Source: an uncultured Clostridia bacterium
GTDB lineage: Bacteria; Bacillota; Clostridia; Oscillospirales; CAG-272
Direction: 5' to 3'
Length of the DNA: 37,090 nt
Assembly: GCA_945485605.1 (NCBI GenBank)
Contig: CALYSG010000001.1
Location: 1-37,090, forward strand
Made by a program: the position numbers and the translations under genes. The notes under the pieces were generated by a model that saw nothing but the letters and a program-made list of their open reading frames with translations, was not told the DNA's origin and searched no databases. Of the stretch, positions 1 through 8,825 are shown piece after piece (the stretch's first letter is position 1; each line of letters opens with the position of its first letter).

Positions 1-197
1 TCTTTCCCTTTCAGTGAATAATCCGCGAGGTTTGGGTGCAGGCACTGCCTGCCCGCAAGCCTTTGAAAAGGCTTGACCTAAACTTTAAAACAGGCGAAAA
101 GATGAAGCCTGTCGACCTTCCCGCTGACATCAGCTCCGGGTGAAATCTTCACACTTCGGTGAATAAACTGCGAGGATCGGATCCCGGCACTGCCGGG
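1..197. repeat. Hairpin-dense intergenic repeat element (REP/MITE-like), copy A
   Basis: About 150 nt aligns by eye with 8990-9160. Shared blocks are caagcctttgaaaaggcttg (56-75 vs 9012-9031), aaactttaaaac, and ccgggtgaa.tcttcac.t(t)tcggtgaataaac.gcgag (136-174 vs 9093-9131). GC hairpins are also shared: gcaggc-act-gcctgc (38-52, identical at 9140-9154) and cccggc-act-gccggg (183-197). A partial second unit (cagtgaataatccgcgagg) lies at 12-30. No ORF; the element starts 1 nt after the stop of the minus-strand gene ending at 199. Confidence 0.6.
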
Positions 198-198
198 G

Positions 199-741
199 TT
201 ATCTCAGATACGTTCTTCCGCAGGTGCGGCGGAAGATCTTCATGATCCGCTCGTCCGCATTGAAGTAAAAGACGCACTTTTTGTCGCTCTCGTCCCTGAA
301 GATCATAAAATACACGTCCTCGCGGTCGGGGTAAAACGTCCCCACATACTCTGCCTCGGGTTTCTCGTCGCGTATCTTGTCCCTCCAGACGTCATTCATG
401 GGCGCGATAAGTATCGCGTCGGCGAGCCTTGTCGAGAAAAACTCGCGCCTTGATCTCCCGTGATATATCACCGAAAAGCTGAGATATCCACCCATGAGCT
501 CGTACTCGTATTCGGGAAAACATCGCCTCCACGTGAAGAACACAAGGAAAAACACCGCCAGCGCCGCCACCGCCGCAAACTGCACGACATATGGCAGCAG
601 CAGCGGTATGAGCAACGCGGAAAGCACCGGGAATATGAATACACCGATATAAAGAAGGATAAAGAGAACCTTCTTTTTTTTGTACCTCGGATCGCCCCTG
701 TCGGGCTTCACCGAATATTCGCAAAACAGAGAATCGTCCAT
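199..741 (-). CDS. Hypothetical small membrane protein (two predicted TM helices plus a soluble C-terminal domain)
   Basis: 180-aa ORF. A hydrophobic stretch (VLFILLYIGVFIFPVLSALLIPLLLPYVVQFAAVAALAVFFLVFF) follows a KKKK patch. Its start overlaps the upstream gene stop (TGATG at 739-743), which suggests translational coupling. I do not recognise a family. Confidence 0.6.
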   Translation of the reverse strand: MDDSLFCEYSVKPDRGDPRYKKKKVLFILLYIGVFIFPVLSALLIPLLLPYVVQFAAVAALAVFFLVFFTWRRCFPEYEYELMGGYLSFSVIYHGRSRREFFSTRLADAILIAPMNDVWRDKIRDEKPEAEYVGTFYPDREDVYFMIFRDESDKKCVFYFNADERIMKIFRRTCGRTYLR

Positions 742-1487
742 CAGTCGGCATAGCCGAGCACTCGACGCGCTACGTCGGGTGTGTTTGTGATAACTGCGTC
801 ACAACCCGCTTCGGCAAGTGCTCTGACCGCTTCGGGATCGTCGCACGTCCAGGGGTGAACGCGGATACCTCTCTTGTGGCACTCCTCCACATATTCGGGG
901 AAGAGCGAGATCTGGTCGTACCTCGGGTGCGAGGCCTTTGCCGGAATGTTCGCACAGTATTCCCACGGCTTTATCATATTGAAGCCGTAGAGCGGTGCGA
1001 CGAAGGCGTCGGGATCGACCTCAAGCATTCTGACGAGCTGGAGATGGTTGAAGGACGAATAGATAAGCCTGTCCTGCATACCGTACTTCTTTGTGACCTC
1101 GGCAAGTGCCGCGGGCATACGCGGATCGGCTGACTTTATTTCGACGTTTATGATCATATCGGTCGGCTTTATGAGTTCGTACAGCTCTTCGACAGTAGGG
1201 ATCCTCACTCCGGTGAGCGCCTTTTTGAACTTGTATCCGAGGTCGAAGTGCTTCAGCTCCTCAAGGGTATAGTCGGTGACAAGTCCCTGACCGTTTGAGG
1301 TGCGGTCGAGCTTCTCGTCGTGAAGGATCATTATATGACCGTCCTTTGAAAAATGGACGTCGGTCTCGATTCCGTCAGCCTTCATTTCGACTGCAAGAGC
1401 AAAGGCTTCCATAGTGTTTTCGGGTGCGTAGGCGCAGGCGCCGCGGTGTGCGATGACGAGCGTTCTCTCGGTAAGTGTCTTAGCCAT
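741..1487 (-). CDS. Glycerophosphodiester phosphodiesterase (GDPD family)
   Basis: 248-aa ORF. The N-terminal motif VIAHRGACAYAPENTMEAF...ETDVHFSKDGHIMILHDEKLDRTSNG is the classic GDPD HRG/E.D/HD catalytic signature. An AGGAG ribosome binding site lies upstream. Confidence 0.9.
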   Translation of the reverse strand: MAKTLTERTLVIAHRGACAYAPENTMEAFALAVEMKADGIETDVHFSKDGHIMILHDEKLDRTSNGQGLVTDYTLEELKHFDLGYKFKKALTGVRIPTVEELYELIKPTDMIINVEIKSADPRMPAALAEVTKKYGMQDRLIYSSFNHLQLVRMLEVDPDAFVAPLYGFNMIKPWEYCANIPAKASHPRYDQISLFPEYVEECHKRGIRVHPWTCDDPEAVRALAEAGCDAVITNTPDVARRVLGYAD

Positions 1488-1517
1488 GATCTTAATCTCC
1501 TTTTTTGTTTTTCAGTG

Positions 1518-2291
1518 TCAGTAGGTGGGGGCTTCAAGTTTCCACTGTCCTGCCGAATATGTGAAGTAGAGCTTCACGGTGTGCCAGCTGTACCCTGCGG
1601 GGACGCTTTCCCATTTATCGACGTCGGGCGACGAGCTGTCAAGCGCAAAATCCTGATAGTAACCCTGTATTTCAACGATCAGAGTCGTCGAGCTGCTCGG
1701 AGCGACTATTTTCATCGTCGAGTAGTCATACTTTGTCTGTCCGCCGCGATCCTTTATGAAGTTCATTCCGGCACCGTCGATGTATTTGTACTTTGTGAGG
1801 ATACAGGTACCCTCTTCTTCGTTTTTGTCCTCACGGTAGCGGGCGCGGATCTTGTAAGACTTTCCGCCGACAAGGACGACGTCGCCCTCGAATGCCGCGC
1901 GCATGACCTTAGAAAGGTAATCGTCGGTGTAGACCTTCGACGCCGCCTCTTTTATCTGTTCATAGCTGACATACTGGCTTACAGCCTTTCCGTTTTCATC
2001 GCGGTAGGTCGATACGACGGGGGAATAGAGGATCTCCGCCGTTTCCTCGTCACTGTAATAATTTTCGTATCTTTTTATCTCGTCGGTATAATCAGCGGGC
2101 AGTCCCGACTGATCGAAGGTCGTCACAAGTCCGTCGCCGAAGAGGATATCGTTTATCTCAAATGATGCCTCGATAAGTCCTTCAAGCGTCGCGCGGAGCT
2201 CTTCTGTAAGCTCGGGCGGTTTTGATGCACAGCCCGTGAGCGAGCCGAGAAGGATAAGCAACGCAAGGAGCGCCGGTAAGATTTTTTTCAC
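1518..2291 (-). CDS. Hypothetical lipoprotein
   Basis: 257-aa ORF. Signal peptide MKKILPALLALLILLGSLTGC carries a lipobox (LTGC). It is packed between the two phosphodiesterase genes with gaps of 25-30 nt. Confidence 0.75.
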   Translation of the reverse strand: MKKILPALLALLILLGSLTGCASKPPELTEELRATLEGLIEASFEINDILFGDGLVTTFDQSGLPADYTDEIKRYENYYSDEETAEILYSPVVSTYRDENGKAVSQYVSYEQIKEAASKVYTDDYLSKVMRAAFEGDVVLVGGKSYKIRARYREDKNEEEGTCILTKYKYIDGAGMNFIKDRGGQTKYDYSTMKIVAPSSSTTLIVEIQGYYQDFALDSSSPDVDKWESVPAGYSWHTVKLYFTYSAGQWKLEAPTY

Positions 2292-2316
2292 TGATCTGCC
2301 TCCGGGGGAAAAGTTT

Positions 2317-3615
2317 TTATTTGAGTATCTCGTCGATCGCGTGACCGTCGACGCCGGGCATCTCTACGCCGAGTATCTTCGCGTAGGTCGGTGCCTCGTC
2401 GACCGTTTCGCGGCGCTCGAGAATTACACCCGATCTGATGTCGGGTCCGAAGCCGAAGAATACCGGCTGAGGTCCGAGGTCGGGGTAATAACCGTGCGTT
2501 GCCCTTCCGAAGCGGTAGTCGGTAAGGTCCATAGGAGCTACCATCGGGCTCTTCCAGTCCTCCGAGAAGGACGAATAGCCGTCGGTATGGATAACGAACG
2601 AGAAATCACCGTAGAGGTGGTCGCGCTCTGCGGCTTCTTCGGCGGTAAGGACTTCTCCGATCCCGTAGATGCCCTCGTCGCGCATAAATTTAAGAAGGTC
2701 GTAGGTCTTCTGCCATGTTTCCGTGTCGGCGGGATCCTTGAGCCTTATCTGCGCCGACATACCCGTCGAATGGCAGTAAGCCTTCCAGTCCTTCAGAGTG
2801 CCGTCCGCGTTTATCTCCATAAGTCCGTTACGGGCGAACATAACGTTCGGCTTCATGTTGCGGACGATATCGATCTGACCGTGGTCGGATACGAGGAAGA
2901 AGTTCGTCTCTTCAAAGGTTCCGGCTTCACGTGTCGCGTTGATAAGGTCGTAGAACCATCTCTCGGTGTCCTCAACGCCCTTTGTGACGTGTTCATTGAA
3001 TACGCCGTATTTGTGGCGGTAGTGGTCGACGTCGCCGGTGTGGAGCATAAGCAGGTGAGGCTTATACATACGGAGAACGTCGCAGCATACGTCTATGAGG
3101 AACTGATCGGTCTGCGGGTGGCTGCGGATCTTGAAGCCGTGGATATGCTTATCGACGATCTCGTCCCAGAATTTCTGAGACGTTCCGCCTCGGCGGAATG
3201 CCTCGTACTTTGTGTCATCGGGGCTCTGAGGCCAGTATTCGGGAAGGTTGTAGTCGATGTACTCGTGACCTCCCGTTACGGGCCAGAAGGCGTTCGCGGT
3301 GGTAAGACCGGCTTTCTTTGCCGCCGTGAAGATATCGGGGACCTTCACCGCGCTGCTGAACCAGTTCCACGGTACACCCTTGAGCATACCCGGATGGAAT
3401 TCCGAGTTATTTGTGACACCGTGCTTGCCGGGATAGCAACCGGTCATCATCGTCGTGTGGCAGGGATAGGTTACCGAGGGATAGATCGTGCGCATCTTGC
3501 GAACCGCCGAGCCCTTCTCAAACAGCTCTTTGAACATAGGCTTTTTGAGAAGATATTCCATATCCTCCCAGACCATCGCGTCGCAGGAAAAAACAACAAC
3601 TCTGCTCTGTGACAT
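2317..3615 (-). CDS. Alkaline-phosphatase-superfamily nucleotide pyrophosphatase/phosphodiesterase (NPP-type)
   Basis: 432-aa ORF. The motif TIYPSVTYPCHTTMMTGCYPGKHGV (nucleophile Thr context) together with later LVSDHG and HTGDVDH metal-ligand-like motifs is typical of type I phosphodiesterase/NPP enzymes. Confidence 0.85.
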   Translation of the reverse strand: MSQSRVVVFSCDAMVWEDMEYLLKKPMFKELFEKGSAVRKMRTIYPSVTYPCHTTMMTGCYPGKHGVTNNSEFHPGMLKGVPWNWFSSAVKVPDIFTAAKKAGLTTANAFWPVTGGHEYIDYNLPEYWPQSPDDTKYEAFRRGGTSQKFWDEIVDKHIHGFKIRSHPQTDQFLIDVCCDVLRMYKPHLLMLHTGDVDHYRHKYGVFNEHVTKGVEDTERWFYDLINATREAGTFEETNFFLVSDHGQIDIVRNMKPNVMFARNGLMEINADGTLKDWKAYCHSTGMSAQIRLKDPADTETWQKTYDLLKFMRDEGIYGIGEVLTAEEAAERDHLYGDFSFVIHTDGYSSFSEDWKSPMVAPMDLTDYRFGRATHGYYPDLGPQPVFFGFGPDIRSGVILERRETVDEAPTYAKILGVEMPGVDGHAIDEILK

Positions 3616-3654
3616 AATTATCTTCCTTTCAGATCAAATATTATTATCAGGAAA

Positions 3655-3683
3655 ATTATATAACCCTTTGCCCGAAAAGTCAA
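3655..3683 (-). promoter_or_regulatory. Sigma-70-type promoter for the minus-strand phosphoesterase operon
   Basis: The minus strand reads TTGACT (3683-3678), a 17-nt spacer, then TATAAT (3660-3655), about 40 nt upstream of the ATG at 3615. Confidence 0.5.
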
Positions 3684-3721
3684 GCGTTTGCGCGTTACTT
3701 AAAAATTTTTCGCCTTTTGAC

Positions 3722-3750
3722 TTGAATAAAATGAGCTTTTACGCTATAAT
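3722..3750 (+). promoter_or_regulatory. Sigma-70-type promoter for the EEP-family gene
   Basis: TTGAAT (3722-3727), a 17-nt spacer, then TATAAT (3745-3750). An AGGAGG ribosome binding site precedes the ATG at 3784. Confidence 0.5.
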
Positions 3751-3783
3751 AACAAGAGTAATTCTGAATCTCAGGAGGCTTTT

Positions 3784-4560
3784 ATGGCTGCAAAGATCAA
3801 GGTGTGTACCTTTAACCTCAGGATCAATACGTCAAAGGACGGGATAAATCAGTATACCAACCGAGAAGGCAGGATCCTCGACGTGATAAAGAGAGAGATG
3901 CCCGATCTGATCGGTTTTCAGGAAGCGAACGATATGATGCGGGACCGGCTTACCGACAGTCTTGCGAGGGATTATGCCGTATTCGGCTGCGGAAGAGAAA
4001 AGGACTGCACGGGAGAATCGGCGGCGATCGCGGTCAGACGGGGAAAGTTCGCCGTGCTCTCGGTCGATAATTTCTGGCTCTCCTTCACTCCCGACGTTCC
4101 GGGCTCGACCTTCGGGGGAGATCAGAGCAGCTGTCCGCGCGTGACGACCTGCGTGCGGCTTCGTCTCCTTGAGAACGGAGAGTACGTGAGATTCTGCAAC
4201 ACTCACCTTGACCACAAGGGCGAGACGGCAAGGCTTCTCGGCATTGCCGCTATTATGCAGTACATTACGAAATTTGAGGACAGGTTTATCCTCACGGGTG
4301 ACTTCAACGCCCGCCCCGAGAGCAGTGTCATTGCCGATGTGAAGGCGCTGACCCATTGCGGCAGGCAGATAAAGGAGGCCACCGAGACCGTCCCCGTGAC
4401 CTTCCACGGCTACGGGAACCCCGAAAGTCTTCGTAAGATAGACTATATCTTCACCGATGCGGAGGCTCTGCCCGACGAGGCGTATGCGGTAGTCGAGCCG
4501 CCGATCGACGGGATCTACGTATCCGACCATCATCCGGTCGTAGCGTATATAAAGCTTTAA
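3784..4560 (+). CDS. Endonuclease/exonuclease/phosphatase (EEP) family protein
   Basis: 258-aa ORF. It starts with VCTFNLR, has GFQE early, NTHLDH in the middle, and SDHHPV at the C-terminus. This is the canonical EEP motif order. Confidence 0.85.
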   Translation: MAAKIKVCTFNLRINTSKDGINQYTNREGRILDVIKREMPDLIGFQEANDMMRDRLTDSLARDYAVFGCGREKDCTGESAAIAVRRGKFAVLSVDNFWLSFTPDVPGSTFGGDQSSCPRVTTCVRLRLLENGEYVRFCNTHLDHKGETARLLGIAAIMQYITKFEDRFILTGDFNARPESSVIADVKALTHCGRQIKEATETVPVTFHGYGNPESLRKIDYIFTDAEALPDEAYAVVEPPIDGIYVSDHHPVVAYIKL

Positions 4561-4657
4561 AAGCTCTCACCCGCAACTGCCGAACGGGAATGCCGTCGTC
4601 GTGAGGTGTCCCGGCAATCGGTCGGCAAGCTCTTTTGAAAACGGGTTCGTATATTTT

Positions 4658-4704
4658 ATGGGGTAGGACTTTCCCGAAGGAAAGTCCTACCCCATGAGTT
4701 TTTT
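4658..4704 (+). terminator. Rho-independent terminator between convergent genes
   Basis: Perfect 17-bp stem atggggtaggactttcc / ggaaagtcctaccccat with a cgaa loop (4658-4695), followed by a T-run at 4699-4704. It lies between the EEP stop (4560) and the cinA stop (4723). The same hairpin may also end the minus-strand operon, although there is no U-tract on that side. Confidence 0.8.
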
Positions 4705-4722
4705 CAATTTTTCACAGACCGA

Positions 4723-5970
4723 TTATTCTGTTTCTCTCAGCGCAAGGTGCAGGGCATGACTGGCAGAGACGTACCTGATGTAGTCGCGGTCGCGCATGGG
4801 TGAGAGCGAGAGCCGCCTGACCTTTACACCTTGCTTACTTGAAACGGCGACGAATACGGTGCCGACGGGCTTTTCGGGACTGCCTCCGCCGGGGCCTGCG
4901 ATACCTGTTGTCGATATACCGAGGTCGGTGCCGAGCGCCTGTCTTACTCCCTCCGCCATTTCGGCGGCGGTCTGCTCCGATACTGCTCCGAATCGGTCAA
5001 GGGTCTCCTTTTTAACGCCGAGGAGGCGCACCTTTGCATCGTTTGAGTAGGTCACCGCCCCGCCGACAAACACATCGGAGCAGCCCGCAACATCGACGAT
5101 GCGCTTTGCCGCAAGCCCCCCGGTGCAGGATTCGGCGCAGGATATAGTCAGCCCCTTTGCGCGCAGGTGCGCAACGAGAGACGCCTCGATCGAGCCTGTG
5201 TCAACACCGTAGACGAACTCTCCGACGCCTTCGGTCGAGAGGATCTCGTTTACCTTGGCGTCGCAAAGGCTTTTTGCCTCCTTTTCACTGTCTGCGAAAG
5301 CCGTTACGCGGATCCGAACCTCGCCTTCCTTTGCGTAGGGGGCGACCGTGGGATTCACGCCGGAGTCCATCATGGGCTTAAGAATGCTCTCGACCGCCGA
5401 TTCTCCCTTGCCGAAAATTCCGATATTGCGGCTGACAAGGGTACCGTGTCTGCGCGAGAGCAACCAAGGCCTAAGCTCCTTCTCAAACATATTGACCATC
5501 TCGGACGGAACGCCGGGCATCATTGCGATGCTGTGTCCCGATTCGTCGGTGAGGATAAGTCCGGGAGCCGTTCCGCGGTCGTTCGGAAGGAGTATCGCGC
5601 CCTCCGGCACCATAGCCTGACGGAGGTTGTTTTCGGTCATTTTTCGCCCCGTGAGGGTGAAGTATTTTTCTATCTCGGCTTTGACCTCTTCGTTAAGAAT
5701 AAGCCTTCTGCCGAGAAGTGATGCCGCCGTTTCGCGCGTGATGTCGTCGCAGGTAGGGCCGAGTCCCCCCGTTACTACGGTGAGGTCATTTTCCGAAAGT
5801 GAGTCTGAGAGGGCGTTTTTGAGCCTTTCTTCGTTGTCGCCGACGACCTCCTGATGATATACCGAGATGCCGAGCGAGGCGAGCTCGCGCGACAGATACG
5901 CGGCGTTTGTGTTTACTATATCGCCGAGAAGCAGCTCTGTGCCGACGCAGAGTATCGCGGCGGTCCTTAT
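4723..5970 (-). CDS. cinA: CinA-family competence/damage-inducible protein (MoCF-type N-domain plus nicotinamide-nucleotide amidohydrolase C-domain); start codon non-canonical or uncertain
   Basis: The tracked ORF (305 aa from ATG 5640) covers only the middle and C-terminal parts. The same frame stays open upstream to the leuS stop and encodes the conserved CinA N-terminus: IRTAAILCVGTELLLGDIVNTNAAYLSRELASLGI...VVTGGLGPTCDDITRE. There is no in-frame ATG, GTG or TTG there. ATA at 5970 gives a typical ~415-aa CinA, and ATC at 5991 is the alternative. Confidence 0.8.
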   Translation of the reverse strand: MRTAAILCVGTELLLGDIVNTNAAYLSRELASLGISVYHQEVVGDNEERLKNALSDSLSENDLTVVTGGLGPTCDDITRETAASLLGRRLILNEEVKAEIEKYFTLTGRKMTENNLRQAMVPEGAILLPNDRGTAPGLILTDESGHSIAMMPGVPSEMVNMFEKELRPWLLSRRHGTLVSRNIGIFGKGESAVESILKPMMDSGVNPTVAPYAKEGEVRIRVTAFADSEKEAKSLCDAKVNEILSTEGVGEFVYGVDTGSIEASLVAHLRAKGLTISCAESCTGGLAAKRIVDVAGCSDVFVGGAVTYSNDAKVRLLGVKKETLDRFGAVSEQTAAEMAEGVRQALGTDLGISTTGIAGPGGGSPEKPVGTVFVAVSSKQGVKVRRLSLSPMRDRDYIRYVSASHALHLALRETE

Positions 5971-6006
5971 CTGATCGTTTTTCGTAAAGATCCCTCCCGG
6001 TGAAGG

Positions 6007-8409
6007 TTATCTGACAACTATATTGACTATGCGGTTAGGCACCGAGATCTCCTTGACGATCGTTTTTCCCTCTATGAAGGGCAGAACGCGCTCGTCGGCC
6101 TTAGCCTTTGCAATAGCCTCTGACGCGGGGCAATTCATCGGAAGCTCGACCGTTGCGCGGAGCTTTCCGTTTACCTGAACGGCGACCTCCACCGTGTTGT
6201 CGACAGTCTTGCTCTCGTCGTACTCGGGCCAGGGAGAGAGCGAGCAGAGCTTCTTTTCGCCAAGGCTCTCCCATATTTCCTCGCAGATGTGAGGAGCAAA
6301 CGGGCAGAGCAGGCGGACAAAGACCCCGAGCTCTTCGCGAGTGAGAGTTCCCGCCTCGTAAATTTCATTGATGAGTGACATCATTGCGGCGATCGCCGTG
6401 TTGAATTTCATACTTTCGATGTCCTCGGTGACCTTTTTTACCGTTTTATGGAAGCTCTTTGCGAGCGCAGGAGTCTCGCCCTTGCCCGCAAGAAGGTCTG
6501 TAAGACCGGCAACGCGGTCAAGGAAGCGTTTGCAACCCTTGACTCCGTTTTCAGACCACGGAGCGGCGGCGGTGTAGTCACCCATGAAGAGGGTGTAGAC
6601 GCGTAGGACATCGGCACCGTATTCGTCAACGACATCGTTCGGATCGACTACGTTGCCCTTTGATTTTGACATTTTCTCGCCGTCGGGACCGAGAATAAGT
6701 CCCTGCGCCGTGCGCTTTGCGTATGGCTCGTCGCATGGGACTACGCCGAGATCGTAGAGGAACTTGTGCCAGAATCTCGAATATATGAGGTGGCGCGTGA
6801 CGTGCTCCATGCCTCCGTTGTACCAGTCGACGGGCATCCAGTAATTGAGCTTTTCGGGATCGGCAAGGCATTTTTCGTTGTGCGGGTCGATATAGCGGAG
6901 GAAGTACCACGACGACCCCGCCCACTGCGGCATCGTGTCGGTCTCGCGGTGAGCCTCACCGCCGCACTTCGGGCATTTGCAGTGAACGAAGGAATCGATC
7001 CGTGCGAGCGGGGACTCGCCGTTCTGACCGGGAGCGAATTCCTTCATTTCGGGAAGCCTTAACGGAAGCTCCTCATAGGGTACCGCTACCATGCCGCATT
7101 TCGGGCAGTGAATGATCGGGATCGGCTCACCCCAGTATCTCTGGCGGTTGAAAGCCCAGTCCTTCATCTTGTACTGAACTCCGCCCTCGCCGACGCCGAG
7201 CTTTTCAAGCTCCTCGATCGCCCGTGCGATCGAGTCCTTCTTATTTGTATAGCCGTTGAGGAAGCCCGAATTGACCATCTCGCCGTCACCGGTGTAAGCC
7301 TCTTTTTCGGTGTCGCCGCCTTTTATCACCTCGATCACCTCAATGCCGAACTTCTTCGCGAAGTCGAAATCGCGCGGATCGTGTGCGGGGACCGCCATTA
7401 TGGCACCCGTGCCGTATCCCATCATAACGTAGTCTGCGATGTAGATCGGGATCTCCTTGCCCGTGAGGGGATTCTTTGCGGAGAGCCCCTCGAGCTTCAC
7501 GCCGGTCTTATCCTTGACGAGCTGGGTGCGTTCGAATTCTGTTTTTTTCGAACATTCGGCGCGGTAGGCTTCGACCGCGTCCATATTTTTTATCCTGTCC
7601 GAATATTTGTCGATCATAGGATGTTCGGGCGCCATGACCATGAAGGTAACGCCGAACAGAGTGTCGGGGCGGGTCGTGTAGATACGCAGCTTATCGTCGG
7701 TGCCGGTAAGGCTGAAGTTGACAAATGCGCCCTCGCTCTTGCCGATCCAGTTGATCTGCTGCTGCTTGATGTTCGGAAGGTAGTCTGCATTTTTCAGGCC
7801 CTCAAGCAGTCTGTCGGCGTATTTCGTTATGCGGAGGTACCACACGTCCTTCGATTTCTGAACGACGTCGGAGTGGCATATATCGCACTTGCCGCCCTGG
7901 CTGTCCTCGTTCGAGAGGACGACCTTGCAGGTAGGGCAGTAGTTCACGAGAGTCTTGTCTCGGAAAGCAAGCCCGTTCTCGAACATTTTGAGGAAGATCC
8001 ACTGTGTCCAGCGGTAGTAGTCCTCCTCGGTCGTGTCTATGACTCTGTCCCAGTCGAAGGAGAATCCGACGCGGCGGAGCTGAGAGGTGAATCTCTCGAT
8101 ATTCTTATCGGTGACGGTGCGGGGGTGCATACCCGTCTTTATGGCGTAGTTCTCGGTCGGGAGTCCGAAGGCGTCAAATCCGATCGGGAACATGACGTTG
8201 TAGCCCTCCATGCGGCGCTTGCGCGAGATGACCTCAAGTCCCGAATAAGCCTTTATGTGTCCGACGTGCATGCCGGCACCGGAGGGGTAGGGGAACTCGA
8301 CGAGAGCGTAGAATTTCTTCTTATCGCTCTTGTCCTCGGCGTGGAATGCCTTTTCCGCGTCCCATCTCGCCTGCCATTTTTTTTCGATATTCTTAAAATC
8401 GTTTCTCAT
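6007..8409 (-). CDS. leuS: Leucine--tRNA ligase
   Basis: 800-aa ORF. It has a class I HIGH-type motif (GAGMHVGHIKAY), a KMSKS motif (GEKMSKSKGNVV), Zn-binding CxxC pairs and a CP1 editing-domain-sized insert. The N-terminus (IEKKWQARWDAEKAF) is typical of LeuS. Confidence 0.97.
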   Translation of the reverse strand: MRNDFKNIEKKWQARWDAEKAFHAEDKSDKKKFYALVEFPYPSGAGMHVGHIKAYSGLEVISRKRRMEGYNVMFPIGFDAFGLPTENYAIKTGMHPRTVTDKNIERFTSQLRRVGFSFDWDRVIDTTEEDYYRWTQWIFLKMFENGLAFRDKTLVNYCPTCKVVLSNEDSQGGKCDICHSDVVQKSKDVWYLRITKYADRLLEGLKNADYLPNIKQQQINWIGKSEGAFVNFSLTGTDDKLRIYTTRPDTLFGVTFMVMAPEHPMIDKYSDRIKNMDAVEAYRAECSKKTEFERTQLVKDKTGVKLEGLSAKNPLTGKEIPIYIADYVMMGYGTGAIMAVPAHDPRDFDFAKKFGIEVIEVIKGGDTEKEAYTGDGEMVNSGFLNGYTNKKDSIARAIEELEKLGVGEGGVQYKMKDWAFNRQRYWGEPIPIIHCPKCGMVAVPYEELPLRLPEMKEFAPGQNGESPLARIDSFVHCKCPKCGGEAHRETDTMPQWAGSSWYFLRYIDPHNEKCLADPEKLNYWMPVDWYNGGMEHVTRHLIYSRFWHKFLYDLGVVPCDEPYAKRTAQGLILGPDGEKMSKSKGNVVDPNDVVDEYGADVLRVYTLFMGDYTAAAPWSENGVKGCKRFLDRVAGLTDLLAGKGETPALAKSFHKTVKKVTEDIESMKFNTAIAAMMSLINEIYEAGTLTREELGVFVRLLCPFAPHICEEIWESLGEKKLCSLSPWPEYDESKTVDNTVEVAVQVNGKLRATVELPMNCPASEAIAKAKADERVLPFIEGKTIVKEISVPNRIVNIVVR

Positions 8410-8435
8410 TTATTACTGTATCCTTTCTGAGATGA

Positions 8436-8774
8436 TCAAGCCATGCTTTCGGGGAGCTTCTTTCCGCCTACAAGGTGAAAATGAAGGTGGCGGACGCTCT
8501 GGCATCCGTCCTCGCCGCAGTTTGTAATGACGCGGTAGCCGTTTGTAAGTCCTTCAAGGTCTGCGATCTTCGGTATGGCTTCAAAGACCGCGGCGACCGC
8601 CGAAGAATTCTCGGCGGTGATCGAGTCCGCCCCCGCGATATGCTCCTTCGGGACGACGAGAACGTGTACCGGAGCCTGCGGGTTTATGTCGCGGAAGGCG
8701 TAGACCTTATCATCCTCGTAGACCTTCGATGACGGGATCTCGCCCGCGATGATTTTGCAGAAAAGGCAATCCAT
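8436..8774 (-). CDS. HIT-family (histidine triad) nucleotide-binding protein
   Basis: 112 aa counted from the internal ATG at 8774, which is preceded by a GGAGG ribosome binding site. The sequence runs MDCLFCKIIAGEIPS...VHVLVVPKEH...VRHLHFHLVGG and contains the H.H.H histidine triad. The longer tracked ORF (to 9068) runs through repeat DNA and is rejected. Confidence 0.9.
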   Translation of the reverse strand: MDCLFCKIIAGEIPSSKVYEDDKVYAFRDINPQAPVHVLVVPKEHIAGADSITAENSSAVAAVFEAIPKIADLEGLTNGYRVITNCGEDGCQSVRHLHFHLVGGKKLPESMA

Positions 8775-8825
8775 AGTATAAACCTCCGTATATGATATAT
8801 TTTTATATTTTTTGATTTCAAGAAG

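Noticed and set aside
2236-3612. 458-aa plus-strand ORF
   Set aside because: It is fully antisense to the well-supported NPP-type phosphodiesterase gene. Its composition is R/V/G/L-rich, which is typical of shadow frames. It has no ribosome binding site and no recognisable motifs.
7108-8430. 440-aa plus-strand ORF, plus smaller ORFs across 6153-8002
   Set aside because: They are antisense or off-frame shadows of leuS, whose identity is unambiguous.
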